Assembly (NCBI GenBank): GCA_965140445.1
Contig: OZ223236.1
Location: forward strand, 3,840,001 to 3,904,000
DNA: 64,000 nucleotides
Direction: 5' to 3'
From: Candidatus Ozemobacteraceae bacterium
Lineage (GTDB): Bacteria; Muiribacteriota; Ozemobacteria; Ozemobacterales; Ozemobacteraceae
A program made the position numbers and the translations under genes. The notes under the pieces are model-generated. The model was not told where the DNA came from and ran no database searches. It saw nothing but the letters and a program-made list of their open reading frames with translations. Positions 18,255 to 28,402 of the stretch are shown here, piece by piece. Numbering within the stretch: the stretch's first letter is position 1; the number at the start of each line of letters is the position of its first letter.

Positions 18255-20357
18255 TTGCCTACGCGAGAACTGGATTCGATAAATAGTCAGTCAATGTTTT
18301 TCGAGAATTTTTCTCGAACCAGTTTTATCGGGAAAACAGCAAAATGGGCTCATTTTTTTGCTTATGGATTTATTTTTTTCCAGATTGGTTCCATTTTAGT
18401 TCAACAGATCTTTCCTTTCTCCGTTTCCCCTCCCGATCTGTTCCTTCAACTACTATTTTTGCTGATTTTGTGGGGTTTAGTTGAAGTCCTGACAATATTT
18501 TTAGACGCCTGCTCTGATGTGGCAACGGTTGATTATGAGCATCATTGGATAAGTTTGGTCCAGAAAAGATTTATTTTTACCAGAGTAAAAATACTTGCCA
18601 GCTTTAACCAGATAATGGCCATTGGTGTAACCTGCAGACCCGAAGCAATGAGTTCAAAATACTTTTCCGACTCACCAGATCGATACGCTTTGGTTATCCA
18701 GAATTTTAATCAAAAACTGATTAGAATTACTGACTTTAACTTAAGCCAGGTCGAAGCAAATAATTTTGTTAACAGATTCCATTCATCCCACTTGCCTGGT
18801 GCGAGAATATTCTTAGCCGAAGCAAATATGGAGTTATTTTTGGACTCAGTTACAGGCGAAATTTGTCGCCGCCCCTGCCAAAGATCATGGCTTACATTAG
18901 TTGATGCATTTACCATACCAATTTTTCAATCAATGTTGTCTTTCGTGTTAGTTTACTTTTTCATATGGGGCTCATTTACAATTTTAAACTCCATATCTAT
19001 AAAAGTATTTTCAACAAACCTTAAAATAAGAAAACAACCCATTATTCAGCTAATTTCCGGATCTGATGGATTATACGAAGATTCAGAAGTCTGTAATTTG
19101 CCAGGACCTGAGGGCCCAGCCCCATCCCTGCCTATTGCAGATAAGGAGAATCCGCCACTTGTTTTAACAACTTCAACCAGCAATCAATCAGGAGTTTCCA
19201 TTGATTTTTCAAATCAAAAAATTGAAACAAGCGGTTTGCTGCCTAATAACAAAGCTTCACAGACATCAATAATCACCGACACTCAGAGTATTAGCTCTGA
19301 ATCAAGTATTCTTGTCTCAAAAATCTCCACCGACACAAATTCAAATTTGAAATCAGAGCCAGTAGAAACGGGAAAAAGTTTTAGCGAAGTTATAGCAAAT
19401 TCGATTTTGCAAACATCTTCTGCAACTACAACTGTTAACAACCAGGCTCCTGATACAAATGAAACACAAAGCGAATCTAACAAGAAAATCGCATCAGAAA
19501 AACAGACTATTGTTATTGCTGAAAATCTAAATGAAAAAATTGAACCTAAAATTAAGGAAAATGACTCTCAAAAAATCATCAAAAACGCATTGAACGAAGA
19601 AAATTCTAGTTTTGATGAAGGCAAATATCAGCCTGCAGAAATTCCACCAGTAGCAAAGGCCAGACCAAAAGCCATAAAACTAAGAATTGACCCAATTATT
19701 GCCGGGGTTCCAGATGTTAATCTTGAAAGCTTTGTAAAAAATACATCTTCTTCAAACTCAACAACAAACTCTAACAAGAAGATCAAAACAGAAAAAGAAG
19801 AAATCTTAAAAACTGATGTCATAGACCCAATTTCAACTGAAATTGAAAAGCCCAAAAAGCCATCTGTTGATACAGACCCGGCAAAAAGTAGGCCCGCGTT
19901 AGCCAAAACCTTTAACCCAGCTGCATTCAAAACCCTTCAAACCTCAATTCTACCTGGTTTTGGAATCCATTCCATTTCTGCAATTGGCGACACAGCAGCT
20001 GGAGCAATAAAGAAACTTGGGCAACCGATCTTTAGACAAAAAGCACAAACTGAATGGCAGATTATTTACCCTGATTTTACAATAATAGCCACCCTCAAGA
20101 AGCTTGAACGGGTAAAAAGAATAAACATTACTAAACGAAAGTCTCAAAAGTTTGGACTGCTTTCAACTCCTCAAGGTATTTCTGTTGGTTCACCAATGGA
20201 ACAGGTTAGAGCTAAATATGGCGCAGCTACACTAAAAGATTTATATCCTGGTCTGCACTTTCCATCAATGGGAATTTCATTTATTCCATCACCAACTTCA
20301 CCAGAAACTGTTGGAGCAATTGAGATATATAAACCGGAAAAGAAAATTAGAAATTAA
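18255..20357 (+). CDS. Hypothetical membrane protein with a long Ser/Thr/Lys-rich spacer, paralog of 16235-17563
   Basis: TTG start after AGGAG; N-terminal TMs; C-terminal TPQGISVGSP domain. Confidence 0.75.
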   Translation: MPTRELDSINSQSMFFENFSRTSFIGKTAKWAHFFAYGFIFFQIGSILVQQIFPFSVSPPDLFLQLLFLLILWGLVEVLTIFLDACSDVATVDYEHHWISLVQKRFIFTRVKILASFNQIMAIGVTCRPEAMSSKYFSDSPDRYALVIQNFNQKLIRITDFNLSQVEANNFVNRFHSSHLPGARIFLAEANMELFLDSVTGEICRRPCQRSWLTLVDAFTIPIFQSMLSFVLVYFFIWGSFTILNSISIKVFSTNLKIRKQPIIQLISGSDGLYEDSEVCNLPGPEGPAPSLPIADKENPPLVLTTSTSNQSGVSIDFSNQKIETSGLLPNNKASQTSIITDTQSISSESSILVSKISTDTNSNLKSEPVETGKSFSEVIANSILQTSSATTTVNNQAPDTNETQSESNKKIASEKQTIVIAENLNEKIEPKIKENDSQKIIKNALNEENSSFDEGKYQPAEIPPVAKARPKAIKLRIDPIIAGVPDVNLESFVKNTSSSNSTTNSNKKIKTEKEEILKTDVIDPISTEIEKPKKPSVDTDPAKSRPALAKTFNPAAFKTLQTSILPGFGIHSISAIGDTAAGAIKKLGQPIFRQKAQTEWQIIYPDFTIIATLKKLERVKRINITKRKSQKFGLLSTPQGISVGSPMEQVRAKYGAATLKDLYPGLHFPSMGISFIPSPTSPETVGAIEIYKPEKKIRN

Positions 20358-21210
20358 TAGTCTTTTCGAGATTCTTAAGCTCCATTTTTAGCCGATGATC
20401 ATAGGTTCTACAGACCAGCTTATCCTTATAAAAATATAGGGATCTAGTCCATAAATCATCATGAAATTGCGGGCGAATAGACATATCTAAAACGCTAAAT
20501 CCATCTAAATCACAAACAATAAAATTGAAAATCTTCCCCTCATATAGATTGAAACGATGCTCTACCAGTTCTTTTTTCATACCAAAATGAACATGCCCAG
20601 CAACCCAGGCCTTGATCTGAGGATGCGAAAGAACTACTTTTTTCAATTCTGAGGCTGGTTGAGCAATGTAGTTAATTGCCGGGGGGTACAATTTTAATAC
20701 ATCCTCACTCCACAATGGTGCATGGCAGAAAACAACAGTTTTTCTGTCCGGTTCTTTGCCCAACTCGTCATTAAACCAATCTAGCTGGCACTTTGACAAA
20801 GCTGAATAAAGCGGGCTATCCAGTCCATCAAGCGCCAAAAAAATCAATTTATAACTTCCAAACTCCTGGGAAAAATACAATTCCTGCTCGGGGAAAGCTT
20901 TTTTAAATCTTTTAAACTTTTCCTTTCTCTCAGCCTTCGATGCTGGAATAAATCCCAAATCTGAGTAATAATTATCGTGGTTTCCAATTAAAGTAAAAAA
21001 AGGCTTTTCAATCTGCCTCAGAAAATTACTGGCAAATTTATATTCTGATTCTGTGCCAAAACCAGAACAAATATCACCAATAGAAACAACTAGATCTACA
21101 TCATTCCAGGAATTAATTTCCCGAATCAAATTTAGTTTTGCATCCAGATTCCTACCCGGTAAATGAGGGTCACCAAGCACTACAATTCTTTTATATTTGT
21201 CTTGGGGCAA
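20347..21210 (-). CDS. Calcineurin-like metallophosphoesterase (CpdA/Icc-like)
   Basis: GDPH, GD, GNHD, HAP and GHVH motifs. Confidence 0.88.
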   Translation of the reverse strand: MPQDKYKRIVVLGDPHLPGRNLDAKLNLIREINSWNDVDLVVSIGDICSGFGTESEYKFASNFLRQIEKPFFTLIGNHDNYYSDLGFIPASKAERKEKFKRFKKAFPEQELYFSQEFGSYKLIFLALDGLDSPLYSALSKCQLDWFNDELGKEPDRKTVVFCHAPLWSEDVLKLYPPAINYIAQPASELKKVVLSHPQIKAWVAGHVHFGMKKELVEHRFNLYEGKIFNFIVCDLDGFSVLDMSIRPQFHDDLWTRSLYFYKDKLVCRTYDHRLKMELKNLEKTINF

Positions 21211-21283
21211 TTAAAAAACTCCGTAAAGAACAAATTTTGTGCAAGTCACCCATTTTTTGAGGGGTTCAAAGTTAGTTCAGAAA

Positions 21284-22402
21284 CTACTTCTGTAAAAATT
21301 CAATTAGATCTTCCATCTCTGAGTAACTATACTCTTCATCATATTTGCCAACAATATCACCAAAGCCGGCAAACCCCAAAACAACCGGAATCTTTCCTTT
21401 TCCACTTTTTAAAGCTTTACTACCTTTATCTTTTTTAATCTTTAAATCCAATATTTCAACACAGGTTAAGTCAAAATCAACACTTAGCTGCTTCCATGTT
21501 TCTCGATATCGTGATTTACAGTTTGGGCAGGTATATTCCCAAATACCCGAAAATTCACCGGTTGGATCCGGGATTTCTTCAACTTTATCCAGATGCTCAC
21601 GCATAGCACCAAAAAGGAGCTCGGCATCAAAAAACCGATCTTCGCTTTTCCATTGAACTATCTGTCTGACTCTTGGATATTCGCAAGCACAACCAGATTC
21701 GTACATTGCATTTATCAGTTTGGTAAAGCCTTTTGACAGTTCTCCGGCAACTCTGTTGAATTCATTCAGATGATCGAGATTATCATTCCACTCAACTCCG
21801 ACGCCTATCTTTAAGGTTCCTTCATGATAACCAGTATCATCCAGCTTTTGAACAACAGCGGTTCCGTCTTCTTCTACGGGACTAATGTATGCAAATTCAG
21901 GTTCTACAACAACTTTTCCCTTTTTATCAATAATGCCATATCGCTCAGCATCATCAACGCAGACTACGGCATAGCCATTGCTGAATTCTTCTGCTTGAAC
22001 AAAGCGACAGTCGATAACAATTTTACCCTTTTTATCAACATAACCAAACTTACTATCTTTTATTGCAACCTTCGCCAGTCCTTCATGAAAGTTTTCGCAA
22101 TATTGAAAAGTTGGTGGGATTGCAATCTTTCCTTTCTTATCTATAAAACCCCACTTACCGTCCTTTCTAAATGAAGCCAACCCTTCAGAAAAATCACAAT
22201 AACATTCAACTTCATCAGTCAGCGGTATAAATTCTTCACCTTTCAAATTCACAAATCCGTGCTTTCCATCATTGATAACCTGAAAACAACCATCACTAAA
22301 AGGAGCTACAAAACTGTAAATAGCTGGAACAACAACTTCTCCATCCTCTGTTTTGATACCCATTTTTTCATTTTCATAATACTGGACGTATTCGATTTCC
22401 AT
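21284..22402 (-). CDS. WG-repeat protein with a Cys-containing C-terminal domain
   Basis: Repeated FSEGLA...KWGFIDKKG-like units; C-terminal CACEYPR and CPNC; AGGAG RBS. Confidence 0.85.
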   Translation of the reverse strand: MEIEYVQYYENEKMGIKTEDGEVVVPAIYSFVAPFSDGCFQVINDGKHGFVNLKGEEFIPLTDEVECYCDFSEGLASFRKDGKWGFIDKKGKIAIPPTFQYCENFHEGLAKVAIKDSKFGYVDKKGKIVIDCRFVQAEEFSNGYAVVCVDDAERYGIIDKKGKVVVEPEFAYISPVEEDGTAVVQKLDDTGYHEGTLKIGVGVEWNDNLDHLNEFNRVAGELSKGFTKLINAMYESGCACEYPRVRQIVQWKSEDRFFDAELLFGAMREHLDKVEEIPDPTGEFSGIWEYTCPNCKSRYRETWKQLSVDFDLTCVEILDLKIKKDKGSKALKSGKGKIPVVLGFAGFGDIVGKYDEEYSYSEMEDLIEFLQK

Positions 22403-22549
22403 TTAATCACTCCTGATGTAGTTGTTTAGCGGTATTGCCTAAAATAGCATACCAGCACTGGCACCTCAAGCTATATTCAATCAATACTGAATTTCAAAGT
22501 TGAGTTAGTTTTCCTTTTCCAACTATTATCTAATGCTATAATCAAAGAT

Positions 22550-23395
22550 ATGAAAACTTCACTTCAGAAAAACAAAAAAAGTCACTGGCTAATCTGGGTT
22601 TTTATTTTTTTCTGGACGTTTCTTTTTGCTTATCCCTCAATTTGGCACCTGACCATAGGTGAACACTGGACTCAAATTAGAACTGAAGAGAATCTTGGAG
22701 CTGGGATAGAGATGTTTTTCTATCCTTTCATGCATAAATATTACTCTTTATGCTATCCAATCCATAGTTCCGCAAAATTGGATGAATGCGAAATTTTTAT
22801 AAACCCCCAATTTTCAAAAAAGCAACTTGTGGCGCTAGATGGGCAAAAAAAATCCCCTCTTTTTTACTCAATAACATACCTTAATGCTACTTTTACAAGA
22901 TTACTTCTGGAAAATGGTGCTCCAATTAATGATGAATCATTCAAAGCTTTAAAATTTTCTCCCATGTATCCAGCAGTTCTCAAAAAAAACAAACCGCTTA
23001 AGAAAGTTTTAATGAAATATGGAGCAAAAACCAACATTCATGGCGCAAACGGGAATACGCCTCTACACATAGCTATTAAAACAAACCAGCCAGAAATTGT
23101 TGATTACGCAATCAATAACCATGAAAATCTTGAAATAACCAATTCGGATGGTCAGACTCCATTAGAATACGCAGTAATAAACAACAATTTAAAAGCAGTT
23201 ATTGCCTTAGCAATTGGTGGAGCAAATTATGAAAAAGATTTCGAGTCAAAGGATCTTGATATTCAAATTTTCCTAGCCAGGTGTAAGAACTCAAAAAATC
23301 CAGAGAAATCTGCTACTTTTCTATCAGAAAATCACCAAAAGCCTTATAATAAGTGGAGATTACCAGCAGAATTCCCAGTTGAAATAAAAAAGTGA
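22550..23395 (+). CDS. Ankyrin-repeat protein with an N-terminal TM segment
   Basis: GNTPLHIA, GQTPLEYA, LLLENGA. Confidence 0.85.
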   Translation: MKTSLQKNKKSHWLIWVFIFFWTFLFAYPSIWHLTIGEHWTQIRTEENLGAGIEMFFYPFMHKYYSLCYPIHSSAKLDECEIFINPQFSKKQLVALDGQKKSPLFYSITYLNATFTRLLLENGAPINDESFKALKFSPMYPAVLKKNKPLKKVLMKYGAKTNIHGANGNTPLHIAIKTNQPEIVDYAINNHENLEITNSDGQTPLEYAVINNNLKAVIALAIGGANYEKDFESKDLDIQIFLARCKNSKNPEKSATFLSENHQKPYNKWRLPAEFPVEIKK

Positions 23396-23404
23396 GAAAA
23401 TAAA

Positions 23405-23752
23405 ATGGAAAAATTCGAAAAACTGCTACTTAAATTAAGAGTATTTAGACAAGAGAGAGACTGGGAAAAGTTCCATAAGCCCAAGGAAGTTGCCATGGCA
23501 GCTGCAATTGAAGCTGCAGAACTAATGGAAATTTTTCTCTGGAAAAATGAAGAAGAAATAAAGAGGTTTATCGCCAAAAATAGAGAAACAGTTGCAGACG
23601 AAATAGCTGACACGGCAGTCTATCTTATGCTTTTGGCAGACGATCTAGGAATAGATCTTCTTGATGCAATTGAAGCTAAAATGAAAAAAAATGCAGAAAA
23701 ATATCCAGTAGAAAAGTGTAAGGGAAGATATGAGAAATATAGCGAGCTTTAA
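23405..23752 (+). CDS. MazG-like nucleotide pyrophosphohydrolase
   Basis: ERDWEKFHKPK, EAAELME, DEIAD, KMKKNAEKYP. Confidence 0.9.
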   Translation: MEKFEKLLLKLRVFRQERDWEKFHKPKEVAMAAAIEAAELMEIFLWKNEEEIKRFIAKNRETVADEIADTAVYLMLLADDLGIDLLDAIEAKMKKNAEKYPVEKCKGRYEKYSEL

Positions 23753-23790
23753 GAACTTTGAAAATAGCTTAATACTTTGTTTTTAGACTC

Positions 23791-24801
23791 ATGAAATACG
23801 AACTAAAACTAAAGTGTATGGTAAAAGAGTATAAAGCAGGGAAAACCCTACTAAGTTTTATTTGTGAAAGGTTCTCCTATCACAATCCAGAATACTGGGA
23901 AACCAAAATAGCTGAAAAACAGATTCTTTTAAATGGCCTTCCGTCTTCTTCTGAAACCATGGTTAAAGAAAATGATGAAATTGAATTTATTGTTCCAAAT
24001 TTTGAAGAGCCCGATCTTGATATGAACTATAAAACCATATGGGAATCAGAAGATCTTCTCCTGGTCAGCAAGCCTTCCGATCTTCCTGTACACTCGACCA
24101 GGCGCATCTTTAAGCAAACCTTAACAGCGGCTGTAAGAAAAGATGTTTCATCTGAATATTTACAACCCCTCCATCGCCTGGATAGGGAGACAAGCGGTTT
24201 AATCTTTTATGTAAAAAACCCGCTTATGCATAAAAAAATCCATAAGAAAATGAAAAGTTTCTTTCAGGAAAAATTTTATTTAGCAATTGTAAAAGGTAAA
24301 CCAGACTGGATAGAAAAAACCATTTCTCAGCCTTTAAAGGAGTGCCTTAGCCCACCGGTAAAATATAAAATGATAATTGACTCTGAAGGCAAAGAAGCAG
24401 TTACCAGGGCTCATCTTATCAGCTCTGAAAATGGTATTTCGCTTATCCTCTTACAGCTGTTTACAGGAAGAAAACATCAAATTCGAGCACACCTGGCCTC
24501 AGAAGGTTATCCCATAATTGGAGATAAGCTCTATTCTCACAACTCTGAGTATTTTCTAAAACGTTGCGAAGACCGACTTTGCGAAGAAGACCTTCAGATA
24601 CTTGGTTCCAGTCACCATCTCTTACACGCATTATCTCTTAAAATCCAGGTTCCAGGTGAAATTCCGCACCGCTTCTATTCTTTCAATTTTTCGGAAGAGA
24701 TGAATAGTTATCTTAAATTTTTCCCAAAATGGGAGAATGAGGTTAAAACCATTATTGAGCAGCCAGAAGCAAGACAAAAAAATGACATAACCCTTTCTTA
24801 A
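23791..24801 (+). CDS. RluA-family pseudouridine synthase
   Basis: KPSDLPVH, catalytic HRLDRETSG, TGRKHQIRAHL, PIIGDKLY. Confidence 0.93.
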   Translation: MKYELKLKCMVKEYKAGKTLLSFICERFSYHNPEYWETKIAEKQILLNGLPSSSETMVKENDEIEFIVPNFEEPDLDMNYKTIWESEDLLLVSKPSDLPVHSTRRIFKQTLTAAVRKDVSSEYLQPLHRLDRETSGLIFYVKNPLMHKKIHKKMKSFFQEKFYLAIVKGKPDWIEKTISQPLKECLSPPVKYKMIIDSEGKEAVTRAHLISSENGISLILLQLFTGRKHQIRAHLASEGYPIIGDKLYSHNSEYFLKRCEDRLCEEDLQILGSSHHLLHALSLKIQVPGEIPHRFYSFNFSEEMNSYLKFFPKWENEVKTIIEQPEARQKNDITLS

Positions 24802-24841
24802 ATGTATAATAAAGGCAACTAGCCACCTCGGAGATACACAA

Positions 24842-26947
24842 ATGTCATTACTACCGCAGAGTCTTGACTTCAATAGCTGGATAGAGTTTTGCTTAAATTC
24901 AAATGATCCTGAAGTTAGAGAGACTGCTCTCGAGGAATTATCTATCACGGGTTTTTCAAAAAACCTGGAATCTCATCTCATCCAGATTGTCTCTGAGGAC
25001 TCTTCAGATTTAGCAAGAAGTCTGGCAAAATTCGCTCTTCATGTTAATGAAACTAAATTAGCTTTAAAAAAGAAAAGTAATAAGGTCAGACTTACACCGG
25101 ATCTTGTTTTCCGAATGATAGAAAGTGGTGATCCACTCCTTGATCAAACCGTTATTCAAGGCATGCGGGTAACTCCCGGAAAAATCGATCTTGAGGAATG
25201 GCGTGAATATCTCTCTTCAAAACTAAAAAAAGATTCTATTGCCTTGCAAATAGGAATTTCATTTTTAAGTAAACACGGTGACAAAACAGACAGTGAGATA
25301 GTTTTAAAGTTTTTGAATTCAAAAATATCAGATGTTATCTGCGCCGCTTTAACTTTTTTACATAAACAAGACCCGGAAACATTCAAAAAGCACATAAGCA
25401 TCGGTTTAAGATCAGACGATCCAAAAGTTCAACTTCACTCAATTCATCTTTTAAGAACCGTAGATTCTGATGAATGCCTTAATTTTCTTCAATCACTTTT
25501 ACACAGTTCATCGGCCTTGATTCGTCAAAAATGTTTAAGAGAATTGATGCTGATACCCTTTTTTAAATCATCAAATCTACTTATGCAATTTCTTGCTATG
25601 GAAAAAAACCCTCTTATGCTTGTAAAAGCGGGGTTTGTATTTGCTTTCAACCCAAGACCCGAACATCCAATAAGAATTTACGATATTTTGCTACTCGCAA
25701 ATGGCGAAAAGAAACACATTTTAAACCTGGTTTTCAAACAAAACCTTGAAGCCATTGATAAAGCTGGAATACTTGATGTACCGCTAAAAAAATACCTTGA
25801 AAGCCTTAAGTTAAATATTGGCTTACGGAAGTCTGAAACCATTATTAGACTCGCGATAAAAGATCTTGATAGCAAGCAAGTAGACACAAGGCTTTCAGCG
25901 CTAGAGCGAATATCAAAATTTTCCGATCACCCATCAATCCAAAGAATCCTTAACAAAAAGCTAATTTCTGATCAGAACCCTAAAGTTAGAGAAACAATTT
26001 CATTTTTGCTGGAAGGGGAACCCAAAAATGGTGCTGCCCCTAATGAGTTCCACCAGAAGGATTTTGATAATGTAAAAACCGTATCAAAATTTAAAAACCT
26101 CTCAACTGAGGATCAAAAAGCTTTTATATCAAACATTGACAGCTACACAAAATTTAGAAAATCTAGACTGTTTCTACACGAGATTCTGCAAAAAATAGAT
26201 GTCAAAATAGCTCAAATAGCAATTTTACATAAAATAGGAGAATTTGGAAGCTATCTGGACATGCCACTTCTTGATTCTTTCATTCATAGTGAGGATTCAT
26301 TGGTTTTATCCGCCGCGGTAAAAGCAATAGCGAATTTTGAAGGAGAAAAAGTCATTCCGACTATTGAAAGATTAATTTTTCATCCAGATCCAATTGTTAA
26401 AACCGCTGCAATTGAATCCTTGATCATTGCTGAAAAAGAAAAGGCAGTTAAGCAAATACTCGCACTCATTAAATCGAAGAATAAAAATGAGCGCAGAATA
26501 GGAGTTTCTCTTCTTCCCAAACTTGATTACTCTTCAGCAGAGCCTATTTTATGGAATCTCTTAAAGTATGAACCAAGCTCGGAATTTAAATCACAGGCAG
26601 CTTATCTGGTTGCCACAAACCCAACACCTGTTGGACTGAAGAAACTATTTTCTTTATGCCATAAAAAAGATTTAACCCTTAAAAAGAACTATCAGGATCT
26701 ATGGCAATTGGCATTAATAAATGCAGAATCAGCATTTAACAAACCGGCTTCAAAAATAGAAGAAGAATGCTTTGGGAACTCTTATGGCAGCCATGATAAT
26801 AGCGCCAACTACTCTAAACCATATTCATTTCAAAATATTTTCGGGAAAGAATCAGAAGAAGCGATAATGGAAACAACCGATCAACAGCCCTCGGAATTGG
26901 GCTTTTTTCAGCGTATATCCGCGCATTTCCAAAAATATAGATTATAA
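24842..26947 (+). CDS. HEAT-repeat protein
   Basis: Helical repeats (NDPEVRETALEEL, SDDPKVQLHSI, HPDPIVKTAAI); GGAG RBS; no enzymatic domain recognised. Confidence 0.75.
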   Translation: MSLLPQSLDFNSWIEFCLNSNDPEVRETALEELSITGFSKNLESHLIQIVSEDSSDLARSLAKFALHVNETKLALKKKSNKVRLTPDLVFRMIESGDPLLDQTVIQGMRVTPGKIDLEEWREYLSSKLKKDSIALQIGISFLSKHGDKTDSEIVLKFLNSKISDVICAALTFLHKQDPETFKKHISIGLRSDDPKVQLHSIHLLRTVDSDECLNFLQSLLHSSSALIRQKCLRELMLIPFFKSSNLLMQFLAMEKNPLMLVKAGFVFAFNPRPEHPIRIYDILLLANGEKKHILNLVFKQNLEAIDKAGILDVPLKKYLESLKLNIGLRKSETIIRLAIKDLDSKQVDTRLSALERISKFSDHPSIQRILNKKLISDQNPKVRETISFLLEGEPKNGAAPNEFHQKDFDNVKTVSKFKNLSTEDQKAFISNIDSYTKFRKSRLFLHEILQKIDVKIAQIAILHKIGEFGSYLDMPLLDSFIHSEDSLVLSAAVKAIANFEGEKVIPTIERLIFHPDPIVKTAAIESLIIAEKEKAVKQILALIKSKNKNERRIGVSLLPKLDYSSAEPILWNLLKYEPSSEFKSQAAYLVATNPTPVGLKKLFSLCHKKDLTLKKNYQDLWQLALINAESAFNKPASKIEEECFGNSYGSHDNSANYSKPYSFQNIFGKESEEAIMETTDQQPSELGFFQRISAHFQKYRL

Positions 26948-26953
26948 ATTTTC

Positions 26954-28255
26954 TTATCTTTTATAATCTGGCAGAAGCATGAAATCATCACTAGTTCCAG
27001 CTTTCAGATCTACTCCAACACTAAAAAGTTCAAGCGGAGAATTTTTATAAAGTAATTTCTTTCCAGAAAAATGATCGCCCGATACTTCAAATCCAAGCCA
27101 TTTATCCAAAGCATCCAGATCATCAGGAAAGCTTCCTTTCTCATTTTTATAAGCATAGAGCGCCAAAACAGCTACCCCACCCTCAAGAATTTGAAAAGCT
27201 TCATTTTGTTTTATATATGCATTTTTATAGTTTGGAAAGGAAAATTGAAAAAGAACCTTTGCTAATATCTTAGCTGGAAATAATAAATCAAAAATTCCCG
27301 GGTTCTTAAATGGCCCGAAGTATTTTTCCTGAAATAACCTCATCCTGTCTTCAAGTTCTTTAATCTTTTCAATTCCAACATAAAATGGCTTTTCTAAATA
27401 AATAAGGTCATTATCGACCTTTTGTTTATAAAGCTCCTTCATAAACTCCATAACGGGCTTAAGCCTTTCTGCTGGGTTTGAAACCCCTTTCTTTTTTAAA
27501 AGTTCTTTTTGAAGTTCATAAGGATAATCCATACTGGTGACAGCCTTTTTTTCCATCTGAGAGACGAAAAAAAGCGAGGGCAATTGTTCTTTAAGCTTTT
27601 TGAAGCTATCAAAAACAACCTTAACAACCTTTTTATTTGGAGAGATTTCTTTTGAAATATCTATCAACGACTGTCCAGCTATTTTCAAAGTACTTATAGC
27701 GATCATATATCCGATTAGCGAACATCTTTCTGGTTTATTCAAAAGAGGGGCAGTGGACAAAGTTGCACAAGATAACACCGCTCTGATAGCCATCGAAGAA
27801 TCGCCAGAGACAGAGTAATATCTTCCCAGAAATCCAAAAATTCTGGCAGTTTCACGAATCAATCGATAATTATATGTACCCTTAGCCACATCTATCTTTT
27901 CAGGTAGCTTTGCTGAAAACCCAGGAAGTTTAATTTGCTTTATGTAGTTATCATAGCCTTCTGTTAAAAATGGTTTGCAGCTTGCGACTTCAGCAGCATC
28001 GACGGATTTAAGAATCTCATCTTTCCCAATTGGTGAGAAACTTGTTTGATTTGAAATCGAAACAACTTTTTCTGATACTTTTGAAAGTTTGCAGCAACTG
28101 GGAATCTCCTTGGGACCAAAAACCAGCCCGGCACCCTTTCCATTCATATCCCCAACAACAAGTTTAAAGTCCTGGACATATGAGAAATATGAATAAGAGT
28201 AAAATCCAACTACTACGACCAGAAAAAGAAAAATATACTTTAATCTAGAAAACAT
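26954..28255 (-). CDS. Hypothetical membrane-anchored protein with a GspG/pseudopilin-like C-terminal motif
   Basis: N-terminal TM from ATG 28255; C-terminus YKNEKGSFPDDLDAL...DHFSG...LFSVGVD...DD. Confidence 0.6.
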   Translation of the reverse strand: MFSRLKYIFLFLVVVVGFYSYSYFSYVQDFKLVVGDMNGKGAGLVFGPKEIPSCCKLSKVSEKVVSISNQTSFSPIGKDEILKSVDAAEVASCKPFLTEGYDNYIKQIKLPGFSAKLPEKIDVAKGTYNYRLIRETARIFGFLGRYYSVSGDSSMAIRAVLSCATLSTAPLLNKPERCSLIGYMIAISTLKIAGQSLIDISKEISPNKKVVKVVFDSFKKLKEQLPSLFFVSQMEKKAVTSMDYPYELQKELLKKKGVSNPAERLKPVMEFMKELYKQKVDNDLIYLEKPFYVGIEKIKELEDRMRLFQEKYFGPFKNPGIFDLLFPAKILAKVLFQFSFPNYKNAYIKQNEAFQILEGGVAVLALYAYKNEKGSFPDDLDALDKWLGFEVSGDHFSGKKLLYKNSPLELFSVGVDLKAGTSDDFMLLPDYKR

Positions 28256-28353
28256 TTCGTTCCCCGCATTCAATTTTAACTTGTGCATAATATACTTGCT
28301 CAAACAAAATTAAGCACTAAAAAGCTACAAAAAATCCACTTGCAAAAGAAAAA

Positions 28354-28380
28354 AGGCCACCAGAAATTATCTGGTAGCCT
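28354..28380 (-). terminator. Intrinsic terminator after clpP
   Basis: aggctaccaga / tctggtggcct hairpin followed by a U-tract on the - strand. Confidence 0.7.
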
Positions 28381-28402
28381 CTTCATATTTAGTAACAGAC
28401 AA

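Noticed and set aside
22550..23752. Ankyrin plus MazG-like pair as an anti-phage system
   Set aside because: The MazG-like protein looks like the common housekeeping type and there is no defence-island context.
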